Shown: positions 50,926 to 60,462, numbered from the stretch's first letter. The stretch is 64,000 nucleotides of DNA from an uncultured delta proteobacterium (GCA_963752995.1 CAVWAZ010000017.1:148684-212683), one strand, 5' to 3'. The notes: generated by a model not told the origin, from the letters alone. Made by a program: numbers and translations.

Positions 50926-51669
50926 TTAAATACATGCACCCTCATCTACCTCTCCGTCACAGTCATTATCTATTTCATCGCAGATTTCTTCTTCAGGAAC
51001 GCATTCATCCGGTCGTACGCAGCCGCAGTCGGATGGAGGTGAAGTTTGGTCAAGTTCACAGCTTCCTACAACGTCTACAGTACCTGGCACTATACACTCA
51101 CCGCCACAAGCAGCACGTGCATCACACGGATCAGACGGTACGCAGAGACAGTCCAATTCGCCGGGTGCAAGCTGTGTACAGATTCCAGAATTACCGGCTT
51201 CGTCCGTGCATTCGCCACCACAGACCGCACGCGCATCACATGCCTCACCTGTTTTAAAAGCAGGCGTGCAAAGATAATGCGGGTTGAATTTCTTTAGTGT
51301 CCTTATCCCGAACTGATCTTCAACCTCTACGTTTTCCGGAACAGGATTCTGTCCCTGTTTCTGAGGGCACTCTATACGGTAGCATATGCTGTCAGGCGCA
51401 TCTGGAAATATTGGGAAGTCTGACGGAGGATCGACCGTTTTGTTTACCCCACCACAAAAGAACCTTTCCTTGCCTATGATCTTACAGTCCTGAGCTATAC
51501 CGAACTGACGAGACAATAGGGCTACATCTTCTTTTACTTTTAAAGGGTCTTTCACCATGTAGCATTCGAGATGATCGTAAGGAATTGGAGCAACACCTGC
51601 AATACCTACAGCCGGCAAAAACATCAGGAACACAATAACTGGAGCAAAGATTCTTAGCATTCTAAACAT
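50926..51669 (-). CDS. Secreted cysteine-rich protein with C-terminal MopE-like CxxxDxDCDGxxDE motif
   Basis: 247 aa, GGAGG RBS, signal peptide. Duplicated module CDARA.CGGEC...C......DC.CVP.D.C. Ends EEICDEIDNDCDGEVDEGACI. AT-richer than the core genes. Confidence 0.7.
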   Translation of the reverse strand: MFRMLRIFAPVIVFLMFLPAVGIAGVAPIPYDHLECYMVKDPLKVKEDVALLSRQFGIAQDCKIIGKERFFCGGVNKTVDPPSDFPIFPDAPDSICYRIECPQKQGQNPVPENVEVEDQFGIRTLKKFNPHYLCTPAFKTGEACDARAVCGGECTDEAGNSGICTQLAPGELDCLCVPSDPCDARAACGGECIVPGTVDVVGSCELDQTSPPSDCGCVRPDECVPEEEICDEIDNDCDGEVDEGACI

Positions 51670-52211
51670 TTCACTTGCCTCCTATAATTTATTTGTTTTT
51701 CATGCTAAATCATAAGAATATGATTATTCCCCTTCACTGTTATTGTGTGTAATGCCAAGCTTAGTCCATTGGAATCACCCCCCAATTCTGGATTTTCTCA
51801 GTCTTTGGTCCTGATTGGAGTGAGACTTCGAGCGATTGTTGTGACGCAGTTTGAGTGGCCCGATCCCCGGGAGACCCGCTTTCGAGTACAAGCATATTCC
51901 CATCACCCTAAATTAAGATCAGATTAAAAGGGGGGGGTCACATATGAACTGGGATGCAATTTACATACAGAGGGGAGTGCAAAATAATACGAGATTGAAC
52001 TATTGCAATCCAGCCGCCTTAAACACTAAGTCCTTAGGCCTGTGACTTTGCGTCCCACTCTTTCGAATGGTTTGCCCTTTTAGTCTATAATGAGTTTAAT
52101 ACAAAACTGTCGATAAAGTCAATCTGCTTAACATGATCTGAATAAATGGGGGAGACTACGGTCACCCTTTTTGGTCAACAGGACAAACAGAACATCCACC
52201 CCTCCCCCCTC

Positions 52212-52372
52212 ATCCGACAGATGCGACACATCCGGGGGGTATATACTCCGGGGATCTGTCGGATGTGTCGGATGGTCCAAATCTGTCATTGCGAGCTGCG
52301 AAGCAGCGCGGCAATCTCAATAATAACAAGACAGATCGCCACGACCACAAAACGGTCTCGCGATGACAGATA
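52212..52372 (+). repeat. Mosaic block of the same repeat modules (right of the Cys-rich gene), module order permuted
   Basis: 52212-52295 matches 50473-50555. 52291-52319 matches 50765-50793. 52333-52370 matches 50711-50748. Confidence 0.75.
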
Positions 52373-52456
52373 GGTGCCCCCAGCCCCCCCGGAATTTGAC
52401 AACACGCTATAAATATGAATAATTTTACCCTTTCACAGCAACAGGAGGAGTATATC

Positions 52457-52768
52457 ATGCAGGCGGTAATTAAAACCGGCGGAAAACAGTACAGCGTAAA
52501 CAAAGGCGACGTTATAGACGTAGAGCTCCTGCCCGGGGACCCCGGCGACGTGGTCGAATTCAAGGAAGTGCTCCTGGTTGCGGACGAAGGCGTGACCACC
52601 ATAGGCTCGCCCGTCGTCGATAACGCGGTCGTAAAGGCGAAGATCCTCGGCACGAAGAAGGGCGAGAAGCTCATCATCTTCAAGTTCAGGAGAAGGAAGG
52701 ACTTCAGAAAGAAGACGGGGCACAGGCAGAAGTTCACTTCCATAGAGATCACGGAGATTTCCAAGTAA
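52457..52768 (+). CDS. rplU: 50S ribosomal protein L21
   Basis: [23 protein letters not shown]...[39 protein letters not shown] before ATG 52457 (the ORF track starts at 52415). Confidence 0.95.
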   Translation: MQAVIKTGGKQYSVNKGDVIDVELLPGDPGDVVEFKEVLLVADEGVTTIGSPVVDNAVVKAKILGTKKGEKLIIFKFRRRKDFRKKTGHRQKFTSIEITEISK

Positions 52769-52787
52769 AGCAGGGAGGTAACCCAAA

Positions 52788-53048
52788 ATGGCAACAAAAA
52801 AAGGCGGCGGCAGCACCAGAAACGGCAGAGACTCAAGGGGCAGAAGGCTCGGGCTCAAAAAATTCGGGGGAGAGGTCGTAAAGGCCGGCAACATCCTCGC
52901 GAGACAGAGGGGCACCACGTTCCATCCCGGGCTCAACGTAGGCATAGGGCGGGACCACACCCTCTTCGCGCTCACGGACGGAGTCGTGGAATTCAAGACG
53001 TACAAGAAGACCAAGACCAGAATCAACATCCAGCCCCAAGAGGCCTAG
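52788..53048 (+). CDS. rpmA: 50S ribosomal protein L27
   Basis: [64 protein letters not shown]. Confidence 0.96.
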   Translation: MATKKGGGSTRNGRDSRGRRLGLKKFGGEVVKAGNILARQRGTTFHPGLNVGIGRDHTLFALTDGVVEFKTYKKTKTRINIQPQEA

Positions 53049-53350
53049 GCAAAGTCCCGGACCCTGAATCGGGAGCGCATCGTCAGCTTCCTTATGCGCG
53101 GGGGTTCCGGCGGGAAATAACGGCCCGGCATTCCGCAAATCCATTCATCCACGACAGGCCGGTTTCGCTCACCGCGGAGGCTTGAAAACAGCGCCGGGAA
53201 TTTTGTTAACACTCTGTTAAAATTTATCTTTACTAGTTAAATTATAGCCAGTATTATAAGGTAGCTTTTACTCTTTCAAATCTTCAACAGTGACGGACGC
53301 GCCCGCAGGTGTGCGCCGCGTTCGATCGGGCAGCCGGAGAATCGAGCTAA

Positions 53351-54585
53351 ATGGGATTAAAGTCCAGGTTAGGGAATATATATTCGGGAAACGCGATTGT
53401 CCTCGCTTTTATTTTCATTCTGATATCCGTATTGATCTCGCTCTTTAACTCCTACTATTTCACCACGACAGTTACGGAAGAAAGGGGCCAGGAGCTGGCC
53501 CAGCTTTTCAACACCACGGGCAAGAGCTTCGCCGACACGTCTAAGGACATACTCAATTCGAGGCCCGACATAGTGTATATAAAGCTACTTAACCCCGAAG
53601 GCGTGCTGCTCGAAAGCTTCGGCGGAGAGGAGACCGAGAACCTGGAGATCGTCCCCATAACGACACCCGAGAACAACACGATAGTCCTGGGCGTCTGGGA
53701 AAGGACTTCAAGAGCCTCGTGCTGTCGTCCCTCATGTGGAGCGCGCTCATCGGAGTGGCCGTTTCGGTCGTAGTCATATTCATATTGTCCCTATTCTCCT
53801 CGGGCAGGAACGACTCCATGGAAAAGCTCATCTCTGCGATGAAGAGCGTTTCCCGCGGGGACTACTCGGGCTCGAGGCTCGACCCCGAATCCTCGGACGA
53901 CGTGGCCACAATAAGGGCCTACGAGACCTTCAACCAGATGGTCGACCGTATGAGGAAGAGGGCCGACACCGAAGAGGAGCTGCCTCCCTTCCAGCCGCAG
54001 CTCATATCCTCGCACGACGAAGACGAAGACGAGGGCATCGTTTCGAGGCCGAGGAACGTGACCGTGGTGGTGGCGAAGATAGCCGACTTCCAGGAGCTCT
54101 CGAACACCCTCAAGCCTGCCGAGTTCAACGCATTCCTCGCCGATTACAGAAAAGCCGCCTCCGCCATCATCTCGAACTACGGCGGGGTGATCGAAGCCCT
54201 GCTAAAGGACGAAATAGTCGCTTTCTTCAACGCCCCCGATGAGCAGGTCAACGCGGAGCTCAAAGCCGTAAGCTCGGCCGTCGAGGTGCTCCAGCTCCTC
54301 GCCGGCATAACGAGGGACAGGAAGGTCGAGGGCAAGGCCGCCATCAGCGGAAAGATAGGCATAGGCATGAAGTCGGTCCCCGTTTACGAGGATTCGAGCA
54401 TGCCGCACGGCGTCAAGGAAGTCACCGACATCGCGAGGAGGATCTGCACGGTCTCGCCCGTATGGAGGGTGATAGTATCGTCCGACGTCTACGCGATAGT
54501 AAAGGACTACGTCGAAGCCCGCGAGCTCAAGCTCGGAAACGATTCCTACTATTCCATAGTGGGCGTCGAAGAAGGCGTGATCTAA
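53351..54585 (+). pseudogene. Membrane sensor: TM - extracytoplasmic domain - TM - HAMP - class III nucleotidyl-cyclase homology domain; 1 frameshift at ~53700
   Basis: ORF 53351-53773 (TM1 plus sensor) continues in ORF 53719-54585 (TM2 LMWSALIGVAVSVVVIFIL, HAMP ...VSRGDYS......IRAYETFNQMVDRM, cyclase-like VTVVVAKIADFQELSNTL.PAEFNAFLADY....SAIISNYGGVIEALLKDEIVAFFNAP). Confidence 0.7.
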
Positions 54586-54610
54586 AACCCCCGCATCCAA
54601 CTTTTGTCTT

Positions 54611-54715
54611 TTCTCTTCCCGACATTACAGAATTTGCGTTACAGAAAATCGATCGCTACGATCGTTACAAAATCCTTCTCACCGGAACGAACTTGTCAAG
54701 CGAGCGCGCATCGGA
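54611..54715 (+). repeat. Long-hairpin element, diverged 5'-arm-only half copy (C')
   Basis: CCGACATTACAGAATTTGCGTTACAGAAAATCGAT... (54619-54653) then a divergent 5' arm without a 3' arm, followed by the CTTGTCAAGCGAGCGCGCATC module also seen before copy B. Confidence 0.7.
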
Positions 54716-54720
54716 CACTC

Positions 54721-55003
54721 TTTCTTTCCGACATTACAGAATTTGCGTTAAGAAAATCGATTGTACGAGCGTTAAAAATCTTCCACGGGCTGGGGTAGAA
54801 TTGGAAGATTTAGCGAGTACATGAGATTTTTAGCTAATTCTGTAGTCGGATGATTTTTGCTTCTTTTCATCAAGGAAAAGAAGGATAAAGAAAACCAGCC
54901 TTTCTCCTTCTTCGTCTTTTCATAGACCCACACACTGTGTGTGTCGCGGCTGGCCTGTCCCGGGCTTGACCCGGAAACTCGCTCCTACAATTGGGGGAGG
55001 AAA
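54721..55003 (+). repeat. Long-hairpin mosaic element, copy C (full mosaic)
   Basis: Hairpin 54728-54849, a second hairpin, CACACACTGTGTGTG, REP-like TCGCGGCTGGCC...CTCGCTCCTAC, and GGGGGAGGAAA ending at 55003. Confidence 0.85.
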
Positions 55004-55107
55004 TACCGCCAGGTTTCGAACATACACCCATACGTCAACGACGACTCACGCGACCTCCCCCCGATTTGTCTCATTTTAACCTCTGGTGTAATCTATCCGG
55101 CATCATT

Positions 55108-56199
55108 ATGGAGAAAAAACGAATAGTCGTCGCCATGAGCGGCGGCGTCGACAGCACCACGGTGGCGGCGCTCCTTAAAAAGGAGGGCCACGACGTGATA
55201 GGCATCACCATGCAGCTCCTCGACTACGGGGACGCCGAAGGGGGGTGCTGCTCCCTCGACCAGGTCGTTGACGCGAGGAGGGCGGCCGCGGAGCTCGGCT
55301 TCCCGCACTACGTCGTCAACTTCACGGAGGAGTTCAATAAATACGTGCTGGTCGACTACGTGGACAAGTACATGTCGGGCAAGACCCCGATACCGTGCGT
55401 GCTCTGCAACAAGCACGTCAAATTCGACCTGCTTCTTCAGAAGGCCCTCGACCTGGGGGCCGACTATCTGGCGACGGGGCATTACGCGAGGATAGAAAGA
55501 GACCCCGGAACCGGCCTCCTCTCCCTTAAAAAAGCCGTCGACGAGTCTAAGGACCAGACGTATTTCCTCTACACCCTCTCCCAGAAGGAGCTCGGAAGAC
55601 TGATGTTCCCGCTCGGGGGAATGACCAAGGACGACGTCAGGGAGATAGCGAAGGGGTTCTCGCTCAGGCAGGCGGATAAGCCCGACAGCACGGGCGTCTG
55701 CTTCGTCCCGGGCGGCAACTACAGGGATTATCTCGAGGCCCGCTCGGCGTTCACCGCCGGAAAGGGCGATATCGTAAGCTCGGGCGGCCAGGTGCTCGGG
55801 ACACACAGGGGCGTATTCTCGTTCACAGTAGGGCAGAGGAGGGGCCTCGGAATAGCTACCGGGAAGCCCATGTACGTCACCCGCATCGAGCCCGGATCGA
55901 ACCGCGTATACGTCGGCGGCGAGACGGAGCTCTACAGGACGAAACTCATAGCGGAAGACATCACTTGGGTTGATAATATAAATATTGACAATATGTTAGA
56001 TGACATACTTAAAGTTAGCGCCAAGGTCAGGTACAGGCACCGCGAAAGCCCCGCCGAGCTCAGGATGTGGAGCGGCTCGGAAGGCATGCTCGAATTCAGG
56101 GACCCGCAGAGGGCCATTACCCCCGGCCAGGCGGTCGTGTTCTACGGCGGCGACAGGGTGCTGGGGGGAGGGTGGATTAAAGAGGTGCTGCCGCAATGA
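55108..56199 (+). CDS. mnmA: tRNA-specific 2-thiouridylase
   Basis: MEKKRIVVAMSGGVDSTTVAALLKKEGHDVIGITMQL...GCCS..D..DA...A..LG.PHYV.NF...F...V...Y..G.TP.PCV.CN..KF. ATG 55108 (the ORF track starts at 54991). Confidence 0.95.
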   Translation: MEKKRIVVAMSGGVDSTTVAALLKKEGHDVIGITMQLLDYGDAEGGCCSLDQVVDARRAAAELGFPHYVVNFTEEFNKYVLVDYVDKYMSGKTPIPCVLCNKHVKFDLLLQKALDLGADYLATGHYARIERDPGTGLLSLKKAVDESKDQTYFLYTLSQKELGRLMFPLGGMTKDDVREIAKGFSLRQADKPDSTGVCFVPGGNYRDYLEARSAFTAGKGDIVSSGGQVLGTHRGVFSFTVGQRRGLGIATGKPMYVTRIEPGSNRVYVGGETELYRTKLIAEDITWVDNINIDNMLDDILKVSAKVRYRHRESPAELRMWSGSEGMLEFRDPQRAITPGQAVVFYGGDRVLGGGWIKEVLPQ

Positions 56200-57494
56200 A
56201 GACCATATCGGTCGTGACCCTCGGCTGCAAGGTGAACCAGTACGACACGGCGGCGATCCTCAACAGGCTCCCCGGGAGCAAATACGTCCGCGTGCCGTTC
56301 CCCGAAAAGGCCGACGTCTACGTGATAGATACCTGCACGGTGACGCACAGGGCGGACGCCGAGGCGAGGCACTACATACACAGGGCGAGGCGGGCGAACC
56401 CCGAGGGCGTCGTGGTCGTAACGGGCTGTTACGCACAGGTGTCGGCCGACGAGATAAAAGAGCTGACGGACGTAGACTACGTCGTCGGGAACTCGCACAA
56501 GTTCTCCGAACTGATAAAAATAATACGCGAAGGGGAGACCCAGACCGAACCGAAATTATTCGTATCCGACATATTCAAAGAGAAGAAAAAGGGCTTCGAG
56601 ACGCCCGGCATCGAATCCTTCCCCGGCAGGACGCGCGCGTTTCTGAAGGTACAGGACGGGTGCAATTACGCCTGCACGTTCTGCATCATACCCCGCGCGA
56701 GGGGCAGGTCGAGGAGCCTCCCCGTAGCCGACATACTGGAGAGGATGGAGACGCTCGCCGGGGCCGGGTACAAGGAGATCGTACTTACGGGAGTCCACAT
56801 CGCGAGCTACGGGAGGGACATAGGCTCTAGCTTCGAAGAGCTGTTAAGGTGCATAGAGCGGGAGAAGATAGTCGGGCGCGTGAGGCTCACGTCGCTCGAC
56901 CCCGCGGATACCGAACCCGGGCTTATCGAATTCATAGCCGGGGCCGAGACAATATGCCCGCAGTTCCACGTCGCCCTACAGAGCGGCGACGCCGAGGTGC
57001 TCAAGAGGATGAGGAGGCGCTACGCCCCCGACAGGTTCCTCGCCCTCACTGACCTCATCAGGGAAAGGATCCCCGACGCGGCCATAGGCTCTGACATAAT
57101 GGTCGGGTTCCCCGGGGAGACGGACGAGGAATTCAGGAACACCTGTGAGATAGCCGGCCGGTCGGCGCTCACATATTTCCACGTATTCCCATATTCGAAG
57201 CGGAAGTCCACGCCCGCCGCCGCCATGCCCGGGCAGGTGCGGCCGGAGACAATAAAAGAGAGGAGCGCCATACTCCGGGAGCTCGGCATAAGGAAGAAGA
57301 CCGAATTCTACAGGGGCTTCATCGGGCGCACGCTCCCGATACTCGTCGAGACGGGAGGGAAGGGCACCACTCCCAACTACATACCCGTGAGGCTTACGGG
57401 CGGAAAATATGCCCCGGGCGAAGAGATAGAGGTCACGATCACGGGGATTTCGGGCGAAGAAGCGCTTGCGGCCCCCATCCGCGACGCCTCCTGA
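56196..57494 (+). CDS. mtaB: MiaB-like radical SAM methylthiotransferase (MtaB type)
   Basis: 432 aa, VVTLGCKVNQYDT..., radical SAM motif GCNYACTFCIIP, TRAM-like C-terminus. The ATGA start overlaps the mnmA stop. Confidence 0.88.
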   Translation: MKTISVVTLGCKVNQYDTAAILNRLPGSKYVRVPFPEKADVYVIDTCTVTHRADAEARHYIHRARRANPEGVVVVTGCYAQVSADEIKELTDVDYVVGNSHKFSELIKIIREGETQTEPKLFVSDIFKEKKKGFETPGIESFPGRTRAFLKVQDGCNYACTFCIIPRARGRSRSLPVADILERMETLAGAGYKEIVLTGVHIASYGRDIGSSFEELLRCIEREKIVGRVRLTSLDPADTEPGLIEFIAGAETICPQFHVALQSGDAEVLKRMRRRYAPDRFLALTDLIRERIPDAAIGSDIMVGFPGETDEEFRNTCEIAGRSALTYFHVFPYSKRKSTPAAAMPGQVRPETIKERSAILRELGIRKKTEFYRGFIGRTLPILVETGGKGTTPNYIPVRLTGGKYAPGEEIEVTITGISGEEALAAPIRDAS

Positions 57495-57514
57495 TCCCGT
57501 ATTAACCATAGAGA

Positions 57515-58433
57515 ATGAATAAACGTTTTATACCCCTGCTTATACTCCTGATATTCACAATCGCGTCGTGCCATGTAGGCTCGTTGTCGGGTAAGGAGCT
57601 CACCGAGGCCGACTGGTTCGTCCCCGAGGAGACGCTCACCGTCTGGGCGCTCTCGGACACCCACATCAAGAACGAAAAGCACATGAAACCCTTCCGTAAC
57701 GCGGTCGAGGACGTGAACGACAACGTCCCCGACGTGGACATGGCTATAAACGCGGGAGACGTCGCCGATTTCCCGACCGTGGAGAGTTACGACCTCTACA
57801 TAAAGGCGAGGGACGGGTCGTACATAAAGGAATGGTACGAGATAATCGGAAACCACGACTATAAAACGGACAAGGGGAATATATTCAGGAAAAAATTAAG
57901 GGGGGGAGGGGACGGGCATTACACGGTCGAGAAGGGGAACATCCTCTTCATATTCCTGTCGAACGAAGACAGGGGTAAGGCCACCGTCATAACGGACGAG
58001 ACTTTCGAGTGGTGGAAGGACCTGGTCATAAAGAATCAGGACAAGATTATAGTCGTCACGTCGCACGCGCCCCTTCAGGGGAGCGGCATAATGTTCTCGG
58101 CCATAGACGAGAGGCAGATAACGGACTCGAAGAGGTTCAGGGAAGTGCTCAAGGAAATACAAAGTCGATATATGGCTCTCGGGCCACCTCCATATCCCCC
58201 AGTCGCTGCCGGACACCATCGTCACACAGGAGGACTTGGGCGGGACGACGTTCATCGAGATATCCTCCATACGCCCCGACCTCGGGGGCATGAAGGAGCC
58301 CGAATCGAGGGTGCTCACGTTCGCCTGCGGCTCGGACAAGATGCTCGTCCGGTCGCGGAACCACGAGCGCTATTTCTACACCCCCGGCCTAGATAAGGTC
58401 ATCACGCTGTCGAAGCCGTATGAGTGCGATTGA
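57515..58433 (+). pseudogene. Lipoprotein metallophosphoesterase, 1 frameshift at ~58160
   Basis: Lipobox LIFTIASC. ...WALSDTHI...NAGDVAD...IIGNHD...VVTSHAPL. Own translation of the +1 frame continues YKVDIWLSGHLHIPQ...TTFIEISSI... up to the stop at 58433. Confidence 0.8.
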
Positions 58434-58530
58434 AATTAAATGCGTTCGTCCTTTCTTTAAATCCCCTCTCCCTTGAGGGGAGAGGGTGAAGGGTGAGGGC
58501 TGTAGCTTATCACTACAATCAATCAAGAAG

Positions 58531-58860
58531 TCTTTTCTTCCCGACATTACAGAATTTGCGTTAAGAAAATCGATTGTACGAGCGTTAAAAATCTTCCACG
58601 GGCTGGGGTTGAATTGGAAGATTTAGCGAGTACATGAGATTTTTAGCAAATTATGTAGTCGGATGATTTTTGCTTCTTTTCATCAAGGAAAAGAAGGATA
58701 AACAAATAGTCTTTCACCTATTTATTTGTCTTTTCTTTATCTCTGTAATTCGCGGCTGGAAGCCGCTCCTACAATTGGGGGAGGAAAAGAAGGATAAAAA
58801 AAACAGCCTTCTCTTTGTCTTTTCATAAAACACACATTGTGTGCCACACAACGTGTGTCA
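58531..58860 (+). repeat. Long-hairpin mosaic element, copy D (modules rearranged)
   Basis: Hairpin 58541-58662 and second hairpin. Then a unique spacer, REP-like TTCGCGGCTGGAAGCCGCTCCTACAATTGGGGGAGGAAAAGA (to 58790), a repeated AAGGATAAAAAAAACAGCC.. tail, and an ACACACATTGTGTG palindrome abutting the stop of the minus-strand VWA gene. Confidence 0.8.
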
Positions 58861-60462
58861 CAGCATCTTCCTCTTCCTCTTGAGATAATCGACGAAGAGA
58901 TACTTCCCCAGGTGCTCGGGAGTGGTGAAGAAGGCGCGGCCCTTGTTGATCCGCGTCATCTCGTCGACGAAGCGCCTGAGTGACGGGCTGTCGTCGAGCA
59001 TGAAGGTGTTGATGCGTATGCCCATCCCGGTCACGCGCTTCACTTCCTTGAGCGTCTCGAAAGTCGCCCTCGGCGAGAGCCCGCCGAAGAACATCGGCAG
59101 CTCCACCTGGAGGTAACCGTCGAGATAATAAGCCGTGGGCTGACCGTCCGTGATGAGGATTATCTGCTTGTTCGTGTTCCTCGACCCGGATATCGTCCTG
59201 GCCGCGACCGAGAGGGCCTCCTGTATGTTCGTGAACGGGTCGTTCGAGTCCCACGTCGTCACCGCGAGGTCCCTCGTCTTGAGCTTCCTCGCGCCCGTGG
59301 AGAACCCGATGATGTGGAGGTCGTCCTTCGGGTATTTCGTCCTTATAAGATGGTCGAGCGCGAGCGCGACCCTTTTCGCGGCGGGGAACCTGCCCTGAAA
59401 GCTCATCGACCAGGAGAGGTCGAGGAGGAGCGCCGTGGTGGCGTGGGTCTGGTATTCCGATTCGTAGACCTCGAAGTCCCCGGGATCGACCTTTATCCCC
59501 TTTCCCCGGGATTCCCTCGCGAGGGATTTCTTGAGCGTATTCACTATATTCAGATTAAACGGGTCCCCGAACTCGTAGTCCTTCGATTCCTCGGGCCTCG
59601 ACGAGCCCGACCCCCTGAGTCCGGTCTCGTGCTCCGCGACCTTGTTCCGCTTGAGAGACGAGAATACGTCCGTGAGCGCGGTCTCGCCCAGCTTCCTTAT
59701 CCCCTTCGGCGTAAGCTCCGTCCGCTCGCCGCTCGTCCTTACCAGGCCCGATTGCTCGAGCGCGGATTTGAAGTTCTTCAGGAGGAGCAGCGATTTCCGG
59801 CCTTCCCCGCTCAACACCCAGCCGGTCTGACCCGGGTCCAGGTCGTCGAAATTCCCCGATATGAGGCTCTTCTCGATCCTTTCGAGCTCTTCGAGCCTGT
59901 CTATCAATTCGAGGAGATCGTCGAACGCGATATGCGAATCGCCCGTAAACTTCTCGCCGAAGCGCTTTACGAACCTCTCGGCCTTCCTTATGTCCTCCAG
60001 CCTGTCGAGCAGCGCCTTGTATCTGCGGCCGGCCTCTTCGTCGAGGAATTCATAGTCCCTCAGGCTGTCGACCGCCTGGCCCGGCCTCGAGTCGAGACCG
60101 TTCAGGAACCTTTCCCTCTCCTTAAGCTCCGCAGAATCGGCGGGGAGGGCCTCCTTCAAATGCGCTAGCTCCCGGCTCACTATTTCAGAGAGCTCGTCCT
60201 TTATTTCGTCGAGCGCTTTCCTGGGGTTGTATTTATCGTAGGCGTTCTGCCTCCACGCGGCCAGCTCCGAGCGGAGGTCGTCTATCCCCATTACCCTCGT
60301 GCTCCGCCCCTTTAACCCCTGCTTCAGTATCCATTCGTAGGCCTCGTCGGGGGTCCATCCTTCCATCAGGTAATCGGACATCTCGCTGAAGAAGTCCTCG
60401 GCGCCCATGTCGAACCCGGGCTGTCTCCCGTCCCACTTCAGGTATCTATACTTGGTAGTCAT
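58858..60462 (-). CDS. VWA-domain protein (partner of the ChlI-like ATPase)
   Basis: 534 aa with a long helical N-terminal region. VWA domain with MIDAS DLSWSMS (DxSxS) ...IILITDGQPTAY. Its start overlaps the upstream gene's stop by 4 nt. Confidence 0.8.
   Translation of the reverse strand: MTTKYRYLKWDGRQPGFDMGAEDFFSEMSDYLMEGWTPDEAYEWILKQGLKGRSTRVMGIDDLRSELAAWRQNAYDKYNPRKALDEIKDELSEIVSRELAHLKEALPADSAELKERERFLNGLDSRPGQAVDSLRDYEFLDEEAGRRYKALLDRLEDIRKAERFVKRFGEKFTGDSHIAFDDLLELIDRLEELERIEKSLISGNFDDLDPGQTGWVLSGEGRKSLLLLKNFKSALEQSGLVRTSGERTELTPKGIRKLGETALTDVFSSLKRNKVAEHETGLRGSGSSRPEESKDYEFGDPFNLNIVNTLKKSLARESRGKGIKVDPGDFEVYESEYQTHATTALLLDLSWSMSFQGRFPAAKRVALALDHLIRTKYPKDDLHIIGFSTGARKLKTRDLAVTTWDSNDPFTNIQEALSVAARTISGSRNTNKQIILITDGQPTAYYLDGYLQVELPMFFGGLSPRATFETLKEVKRVTGMGIRINTFMLDDSPSLRRFVDEMTRINKGRAFFTTPEHLGKYLFVDYLKRKRKML

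Noticed and set aside
44336-58662. The 122-nt imperfect-dyad repeats, all in the same orientation, as integron attC (VCR-like) sites that delimit gene cassettes.
   Set aside because: No intI integrase is present, and the element ends carry no RYYYAAC / GTTRRRY core sites. The intervals between copies are multi-gene and on both strands, and they include rplU-rpmA and mnmA-mtaB. That is incompatible with promoterless single-ORF cassettes.
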